A stretch of DNA of 42,561 nt, taken from UHGV virus genome UHGV-0163196; one strand, written 5' to 3'. The notes below the pieces were generated by a model that did no database searches, was not told the DNA's origin, and worked only from the letters and a program-made list of their open reading frames with translations. Of this stretch, positions 36,381-42,561 are shown piece by piece. How positions within the stretch are numbered: position 1 is the first letter of the stretch; every line of letters starts with the position of its first letter. Position numbers and translations under genes: made by a program. This DNA comes from a virus.

Positions 36381-36655
36381 TGGACAAACACCCTCCCATT
36401 GTTAACCAATTTTTTAAGGGTAAGCACAATGGCCCGATCCATTTCAGCCCTTCGCTCTTCCCTGCTCATATCTCTCCCATTATCAATTCTTGAATGACAA
36501 TCAACACATAGCGCAGCAGTAAGGCAATCATCTACTTTAATCCCAACCCCCTTCCCTTCATTTCTATGAGCGGCCTGAACTCCGTATCTTCCGCAAAGAA
36601 CGCAAAATTCAATATCCCTGACTGCCTGAAGCCATTTTTTGCTTCTAAACATCAA
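36377..36655 (-). CDS. Cys/His-rich zinc-ribbon nin-region protein (DUF1364-like)
   Basis: 92 aa with CVLCG…C…CVDCH spacing. Confidence 0.45.
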   Translation of the reverse strand: MMFRSKKWLQAVRDIEFCVLCGRYGVQAAHRNEGKGVGIKVDDCLTAALCVDCHSRIDNGRDMSREERRAEMDRAIVLTLKKLVNNGRVFVQ

Positions 36656-37154
36656 TCCCCTCCAAAAAACGTCGGTACGCTGATTTGTTTTTTATGTTGC
36701 ACACTGTCTGCGCACAAACACCAAATTCTTTGGCTATATCTCTGTATTTTCCTTTTGATTTATATATTGATTTCACTTGTTCTGGCGTTAGTTTGCAGAA
36801 GTGATGATTAAACCCATGAACAAGCAATCCGGAATCAAATCCATGTTTCGCATTTTCTGTTCGCGTTACCCACTCAAGATTTTCAACTTTATTATTAAGT
36901 TTATTTCCATCCTTGTGATTAACTTCCGGTTTGCCATCTGGGTTATCAATAAATACTTCTGCAACAATTCTGTGAACCATTTTATATGATGTTCTTTTCC
37001 CGCCACCTGGATACAGACCGACAAATGCATATCCTCCTGGTTTAATGCCATGAGATAATTTTTTTGATTTACGGCATGAAATGATGTCTCCATTTTCAGT
37101 TACTTTATATATACCCTCAAAGCCGGGGATATCTTTTTCTTTAACATCACTCAT
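36645..37154 (-). CDS. HNH homing endonuclease (NUMOD4-like N-terminus)
   Basis: 169 aa; GFEGIYKVTENGDII followed by an HNH core (…EVNHKDGNKLNNKVENLEWVTRTENAKH…); AT-rich relative to flanking nin genes. Confidence 0.75.
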   Translation of the reverse strand: MSDVKEKDIPGFEGIYKVTENGDIISCRKSKKLSHGIKPGGYAFVGLYPGGGKRTSYKMVHRIVAEVFIDNPDGKPEVNHKDGNKLNNKVENLEWVTRTENAKHGFDSGLLVHGFNHHFCKLTPEQVKSIYKSKGKYRDIAKEFGVCAQTVCNIKNKSAYRRFLEGIDV

Positions 37155-37317
37155 CGTCTTCTTCCTCGTACATTGAGCTATTCGGATCGCTCATCAGTTC
37201 TGCGCAGCAATCGGAGCACACGTGAACTTCCAGCACATGCAGCTTCTGACCGCAGTGAGCGCACGTTAAAGCCCGCTCGACACTTCCTTGTTCGTAACTT
37301 CGATTTGGGTCAATCAC
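37147..37317 (-). CDS. ninF: NinF
   Basis: Hand-translated 56 aa with GTG start ([56 protein letters not shown]), close to lambda NinF. Confidence 0.65.
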   Translation of the reverse strand: MIDPNRSYEQGSVERALTCAHCGQKLHVLEVHVCSDCCAELMSDPNSSMYEEEDDE

Positions 37318-37496
37318 CTTGTTTTCCTCGCACGTTCTCTAAGCCACCGGATATCCCACAGGTGAGCCGTGTAGTTGAAGGTTTTTACGTCAGATTCTTT
37401 TGGGATTGGCTTGCGTTTATTTCTGGAGCGTTTCGTTGGAAGGTATTTGCAGTTTTCACAGATTATGTCGGTGATACTTCGTCGCTGTCGTCTCAT
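37314..37496 (-). CDS. ninE: NinE
   Basis: 60 aa from the internal Met of the 90 aa track ORF: [52 protein letters not shown]…, near-identical to lambda NinE. Confidence 0.75.
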   Translation of the reverse strand: MRRQRRSITDIICENCKYLPTKRSRNKRKPIPKESDVKTFNYTAHLWDIRWLRERARKTR

Positions 37497-38020
37497 GCCG
37501 CCCTCCTGACGCCCTGCCCGATCGCCATCAATGCCGCTTTGGATACGGTAGTAAACATCCGTCGAGGACTGATGAACGGTCGCCAAATCAGCAGCATGGA
37601 GCCTTTGCTGTTTCCCTTCTTCTCCAGCCCTGTCGATGGTTCGATAAAATTAATCCGTCCATCAGTGATAATGCGAACTTCGTCGACACTCTCCAGAGCC
37701 TTGCTGAACCATCCGACTGACATATCCTCTGGCACAAGCATCACTATCGTCTGTCGCTGTTGTATGCACTGCTCAGCGGCTTTTTCCACCCACGGCCTGA
37801 TATTGCTGTACGGTGGGTTATTCCAGATTGCACCGTGACTTACCCACTCAGAATTGAGCGCGTCGTCGGCCTCAGTTAGCCAGTGAGCGCACAGAGCATT
37901 TTTGTCGCTAGCAGCTGAATCCAGCCAGAATCCAAACTCAATATCCAGTGCATCAAAAAGCCAAAGCGGCGTTTGCCAGCAGTCCTTGTCGTGTGCTGCC
38001 GTATTTGATTTGATAGTCAT
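37493..38020 (-). CDS. Phage Dam-like N6-adenine DNA methyltransferase
   Basis: Start [18 protein letters not shown]; catalytic NPPY motif (…[14 protein letters not shown]…); no adjacent restriction gene. Confidence 0.75.
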   Translation of the reverse strand: MTIKSNTAAHDKDCWQTPLWLFDALDIEFGFWLDSAASDKNALCAHWLTEADDALNSEWVSHGAIWNNPPYSNIRPWVEKAAEQCIQQRQTIVMLVPEDMSVGWFSKALESVDEVRIITDGRINFIEPSTGLEKKGNSKGSMLLIWRPFISPRRMFTTVSKAALMAIGQGVRRAA

Positions 38021-38457
38021 GCAGCCCGATCTCCCCATCTCGCTTTCCACTCCAGAGCCAGTCTCGCTTCGTCTGACCACTTAACGCCACGCTCTGTACC
38101 GAATGCCTGTATAAGCTCTAATAGCTCCGCAAATTCGCCTACACGCATCCTGCTGGTTGACTGGCCTATTACCACAAAGCCATTCCCGGCAAGGTTAGGA
38201 ACAACATCCTGCTGCTTTAATGCTGCGGTAAACACACACTTCCAGCTTTCTGCATCCAGCCAGCGACCATGCCATTCAACCTGACGAGAGACGTCACCTA
38301 AGCAGGCCCATAGCTTCCTGTTTTGGTCTAAGCTGCGGTTGCGCTACTGAATGATCACTACGATTGGTTTGGTTGGGTCTGGAAGGATTTGCTGTACTGC
38401 GTGAATAGCGTTTTGCTGATGTGCTGGAGATCGAATTTCAAAGGTTAGTTTTTTCAT
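38017..38457 (-). pseudogene. ninB: ninB interrupted by an in-frame TAG (amber) at codon 39
   Basis: Frame from ATG 38457 reads MKKLTFEIRSPAHQQNAIHAVQQILPDPTKPIVVIIQ then TAG (plus 38344-38346); the same frame continues open and lambda-NinB-like to the stop at 38017 (…[73 protein letters not shown]). Confidence 0.6.
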
Positions 38458-38473
38458 GACTTCCCTCTCCCCC

Positions 38474-38504
38474 AAATAAAAAGGCCTGCGATTACCAGCA
38501 GGCC
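38474..38504 (-). terminator. tR2-like intrinsic terminator between replication and nin genes
   Basis: Stem ggcctgc/gcaggcc at 38483-38504 with a run of A on the plus strand at 38476-38482 (U-run on the minus transcript). Confidence 0.5.
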
Positions 38505-38533
38505 TGTTATTAGCTCAGTGATGTAGATGGTCA

Positions 38534-39985
38534 TCAGAATCCTCCTTTCTTCTTGGATTGCGGTTCCTCGCGTTCACGGCGGCGCATTTCAGCAGACTGT
38601 TGGTCTGTGTCATAAATAGCGCCATTTGCCTGAATGCAATACACCGTGCCGGTATTGCCATGACGATTGAGACGAAGGATTAGTTCGGTTTCACCAGGTG
38701 GAACACTGTCATCAAAAGCGCCTTCACGATGGATCCCGACCCAATAATCGCAATCCTGTTCAATCTGCCCTGTATCTCGTGAGTCACTTGGTAATGGGCG
38801 TTTATTGGTTCGGCTTTCCAGTGCGCGGTTAAGCTGTGTCAGAAGCACAACAACGCAATCAAGCTCTTTGGCAAGGTTCTTCAGTCCTTTGGTGATCATG
38901 CCGTAAGCAAGGTCGTTGCGATCGGCCTTCTCAGCGGTCATTAGTGTCAGGTAATCGACCAGAATCATGCCAACACATCCTTTTTCTCGCTTGATTCGAC
39001 GGCTTTCGCTGACGATTTGAGCCAGAGATAATCCCGGCGTGTCGTCGATGTAAAGCAGGTCGATTTCACTCAAGCGATTGGCTGTTTCGATCGCCCTGTT
39101 GAAGTCACCATCGTAATCACCCTGATAGCCGTCATCAGCGTCATTTGTCGCCGGAAGGTAAAAAATATTCGGGTTAACACCAGACTTCTGCCCTACCAGT
39201 TTTTCCAGTATCTGATCACCTGGCATTTCAAGGCTGAACATCAAAGCGGGCTTTTTCTCATGCACTGCGCAATTGATTGCCATCTGGCTGTATAGCGTCG
39301 TTTTCCCCATCTTAGGGCGAGCGCCAATGACAAACAGAGAGCCTTTCACCAGACCTTTCGGTGACAGCATCCTGTCCAGCGATGGGATACCTGTGCTCAT
39401 TCCCCGTTGTTCGCCTGATGGGTCAAATCGCTTCTCAAGGTCGCTAACCCAGTCTTCCATGACCTCACCAAATGAGCGAAGGCCGCGACGCGATCCGGTT
39501 TTTGCATGGTCTGTCAGTTGCGTGAAAATCGCCTGAATAGCTTCGTACTTCTGCGTCGCAGTCATTCCGTTGCGGGAATAGAGCAATTCCGTCGCTTCAG
39601 TCATGCGGTTGATGGCGTAGCGTTCCATTGCGGTTTCGCGAACCTGCATTGCATAGGCAACGATGTTTGCGGCGCTTGGCGTGTTCTTTGCGATCTCAGC
39701 GATATAAGCAAAACCGCCAACAGACGCCGTTAACGATTTACGCTCCAGTTCATCGAAAAGCGTCAGGCCATCTACTGGCTTTTGCTCCCGGTGCATTCTG
39801 GTTATTTCTTCGAAAAGGATTTTGTGTGGTCGGCTGTAAAATGAATCAGGCTTCAGCATCGCCAGAACTTTCTGGACGCGCTCACTGCTGTCATCATCCA
39901 GAAGCAATCCACCAATCACCGCCTGCTCTGCCTCGATGCTATGGGGCGGCGCATAAAAATTATCGGTCATCGTGTTCACCCTCAC
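38534..39985 (-). CDS. DnaB-like replicative helicase (P22 gene 12 type)
   Basis: 483 aa; DnaB N-terminal domain (…IEAEQAVIGGLLLD…), Walker A GARPKMGKTT, and later RecA-fold motifs. Confidence 0.85.
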   Translation of the reverse strand: MRVNTMTDNFYAPPHSIEAEQAVIGGLLLDDDSSERVQKVLAMLKPDSFYSRPHKILFEEITRMHREQKPVDGLTLFDELERKSLTASVGGFAYIAEIAKNTPSAANIVAYAMQVRETAMERYAINRMTEATELLYSRNGMTATQKYEAIQAIFTQLTDHAKTGSRRGLRSFGEVMEDWVSDLEKRFDPSGEQRGMSTGIPSLDRMLSPKGLVKGSLFVIGARPKMGKTTLYSQMAINCAVHEKKPALMFSLEMPGDQILEKLVGQKSGVNPNIFYLPATNDADDGYQGDYDGDFNRAIETANRLSEIDLLYIDDTPGLSLAQIVSESRRIKREKGCVGMILVDYLTLMTAEKADRNDLAYGMITKGLKNLAKELDCVVVLLTQLNRALESRTNKRPLPSDSRDTGQIEQDCDYWVGIHREGAFDDSVPPGETELILRLNRHGNTGTVYCIQANGAIYDTDQQSAEMRRREREEPQSKKKGGF

Positions 39986-40859
39986 GAACTTTCAGGTAGG
40001 TATTATCGTTAAGCAGGAAATCAAATCCCTTTTTGTGCCAGACAGTTCCGCGTTGATGGTTTGGACGCTCTTCGAACATCCATCGGCAATTTTCGCCTAC
40101 GTAGCTCAAATAATTTCTCCAGTCCTGCATCGTGAAACCATGCCCGTCAAGCTGTCGGGTTATCACTCCGGCTTTGCGCCAGAACGTTCGGATCTGGTTT
40201 TTACGCTTGTCATTCAGTGCGCGGATTCTTGGCGCTTCAGGAAGGATTTCGTGGTAAGCATCGACAACATCCTGACAGCTAACGGAAGGTTTTTTCTTGT
40301 CAGACTTTTTGTCTGCTGTGGCACTCTCTAATACGTCAGTATTAGAGATATTATTATTATATTCTTTATCTGTGGTAATTTGCTGGTAATCTGCTGGTAC
40401 AGTATTGCTTACAGGCATTGGTATTGCTGGCTTTGAGGTGGTAATTTGCTGGTAATCTGCTGGTACAAAATTTGACTGATAATCGTCATATTTCTCTACC
40501 GAGAAAACTGAGAATTTACCGTGTGAAACCCAGTCAATCATGCCGAGTTTTTTGAACTTTCTAAGCAGGTACTGAACGCGATCTGGTTTGAGTCCTGTTT
40601 CAAACGCCAGAGAGTTTCTACCGCCAAGTAGCTTCCCTCTGCCTACCAGAATTTCTCCTGCGTCAGTCATTACATACTCAGGCGTATGCTTTGCTTTGAG
40701 GATTAAGTGAACCCACAGATGCGCAGCTTCTGCGTCCTTGTAAAACGGCACATCCATAATTTTACGGTGCAGCAAGGCATACCCCTTACCGCTGCTTTGA
40801 TGCGGTTGTTGTAGCCTTCTGGCCTCTCTGGCTTCGGCTAGATTAGATATGTTACTCAT
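39960..40859 (-). CDS. Replication initiator (O-like) with internal origin
   Basis: 299 aa; the repeated peptide PADYQQITT is encoded by the iterons; C-terminal region adjacent to the helicase gene. Confidence 0.75.
   Translation of the reverse strand: MSNISNLAEAREARRLQQPHQSSGKGYALLHRKIMDVPFYKDAEAAHLWVHLILKAKHTPEYVMTDAGEILVGRGKLLGGRNSLAFETGLKPDRVQYLLRKFKKLGMIDWVSHGKFSVFSVEKYDDYQSNFVPADYQQITTSKPAIPMPVSNTVPADYQQITTDKEYNNNISNTDVLESATADKKSDKKKPSVSCQDVVDAYHEILPEAPRIRALNDKRKNQIRTFWRKAGVITRQLDGHGFTMQDWRNYLSYVGENCRWMFEERPNHQRGTVWHKKGFDFLLNDNTYLKVREGEHDDR
40340..40466. repeat. Phage replication origin: iterons plus AT-rich tract inside the O-like gene
   Basis: Identical 27-bp repeats GGTAATTTGCTGGTAATCTGCTGGTAC at 40374-40400 and 40440-40466, partial copies between them, and an AT-rich tract at 40340-40372. 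Confidence 0.7.
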
Positions 40860-40998
40860 GACCTTTCTCCTTCTGCATCAGCTTCACTTTTTCCAACTCA
40901 GCCCGGAATCGACCAGGCTGCTTGAAGCTGGACAGGAAGCGATCACGTAGTATGTGTTTGTGAATTTTGTCCTGGTAAGGACTGAGTGGTTTTGTCAT
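40852..40998 (-). CDS. Small hypothetical protein (48 aa) translationally coupled to O
   Basis: AGGAG RBS 5 nt upstream of the ATG; hand translation [48 protein letters not shown]; the stop overlaps the O-like start (ATGAGTAA). Confidence 0.35.
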   Translation of the reverse strand: MTKPLSPYQDKIHKHILRDRFLSSFKQPGRFRAELEKVKLMQKEKGHE

Positions 40999-41030
40999 AA
41001 TGACTCCTGTGGATTGATCCAGTAATTACC

Positions 41031-41327
41031 TCAGAATTGCATATCAATTTGCTTAAAATCCTCGGTGGCGGCCGGGGATTTTTTCTTTGTGATTTCATCA
41101 AGCGCATACTTAAAAGCCCTGCTAATCGGACTGATGTCTGATGCCATTCCGAAAGCACACAAGACCGAAGCAATAAATCTCCAGTCCGTTCTGCTTATCT
41201 TCGATTCATGACAGCCAATCATCTTTGCCAGACCGCGCTGGGTAAGCGTTGACAGGTTGATGAGTAAATCTGTTTCTGCGCGATCAACGTCACGCTGGGA
41301 TAGTTTGCTGTAACTTGTTTGTTCCAT
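41031..41327 (-). CDS. cII: CII-like transcriptional activator
   Basis: 98 aa; C-terminus …ITKKKSPAATEDFKQIDMQF parallels lambda CII (…LTNKKRPAATERSEQIQMEF); HTH-like centre; position after cro. Confidence 0.55.
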   Translation of the reverse strand: MEQTSYSKLSQRDVDRAETDLLINLSTLTQRGLAKMIGCHESKISRTDWRFIASVLCAFGMASDISPISRAFKYALDEITKKKSPAATEDFKQIDMQF

Positions 41328-41366
41328 TTCTTATGATTTCCAATAGTGAATAGCTAGTTGAAAGGT

Positions 41367-41383
41367 ATGCGTGGAAACGCATA
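41367..41383 (-). promoter_or_regulatory. Candidate nutR boxB-like hairpin
   Basis: Stem atgcgt/acgcat with a 4-nt loop, between cro and the cII-like gene. Confidence 0.25.
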
Positions 41384-41465
41384 TGGCCTTAGTTGGTCAG
41401 ATATATTGGGACTCGCTTTGTCAGCGACGTAGGACGAATGTCCATTGTGAAAATAGCGGTGTTAC

Positions 41466-41675
<210 letters not shown>

Positions 41676-41692
41676 TTAGTACATGCAACCAT

Positions 41693-41756
41693 TATCACCG
41701 CTAGAGGTAAAATAGTCAACACGCACGGTGTTAGATATTTATCCCTTGCGGTGATA
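41693..41756. promoter_or_regulatory. OR1-OR2-OR3 operators with divergent PR/PRM promoters
   Basis: TATCACCGCTAGAGGTA at 41693-41709 (OR1, one mismatch to lambda), CAACACGCACGGTGTTA at 41717-41733 (OR2), TATCCCTTGCGGTGATA at 41740-41756 (OR3). Confidence 0.9.
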
Positions 41757-41763
41757 GATTTAA

Positions 41764-42480
<717 letters not shown>

Positions 42481-42561
42481 GGCCAGCAACGAATCACAAC
42501 AAACACATGGGGCGGCGGATTAAGGGTGATATGGAATAATGCAAGACAATTTCATCTTAAA

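Noticed and set aside
40943-41173. 76 aa minus-strand ORF overlapping the cII-like gene
   Set aside because: Out-of-frame overlap with the better-supported CII-like ORF; Pro/Arg-rich translation suggests a shadow ORF.

Overview
This window is a mosaic lambdoid prophage, almost entirely on the minus strand, with a P4/PICI-like satellite element apparently inserted into its head-gene operon. Right to left: a lambda-type immunity region (cI on +, cro on -, OR1-OR3 between them), a CII-like gene, a P22-type replication module (O-like initiator with internal iteron origin, DnaB-like helicase), a nin region (ninB with an in-frame amber codon, Dam-like methyltransferase, NinE, NinF, an HNH endonuclease, a Zn-ribbon protein, RusA, NinH), a QuuD-type antiterminator Q with pR'/tR', a second HNH endonuclease in the Q-S cargo slot, lysis genes (lambda-identical S and R, divergent Rz/Rz1), then terS, terL, portal, head-morphogenesis and scaffold genes. 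Between the scaffold gene (ends 27238) and the decoration/major capsid genes (start 14737) lies a ~12.5 kb co-oriented block: P4-type integrase, AlpA, a lipoprotein between long repeat-rich non-coding stretches, a second tyrosine recombinase, a P4 alpha-like primase-helicase with an iteron origin, and a module containing a TerS-like protein and a standalone HExxH peptidase. The left ~14.7 kb encodes head-tail connectors and a contractile tail (sheath, tube, chaperone with a likely -1 frameshift, tape measure with a transglycosylase domain, baseplate, partial tail fiber), interrupted by a phd-doc toxin-antitoxin pair and a secreted-protein gene. The strongest candidate for an undescribed system is the satellite's cargo: the lipoprotein/second-recombinase locus and the TerS-like/peptidase module, together with a 12-bp palindrome (TGCGAATTCGCA) shared between the island and the helper terS gene. 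All calls rest on reading the translations and DNA by eye; no searches were run.
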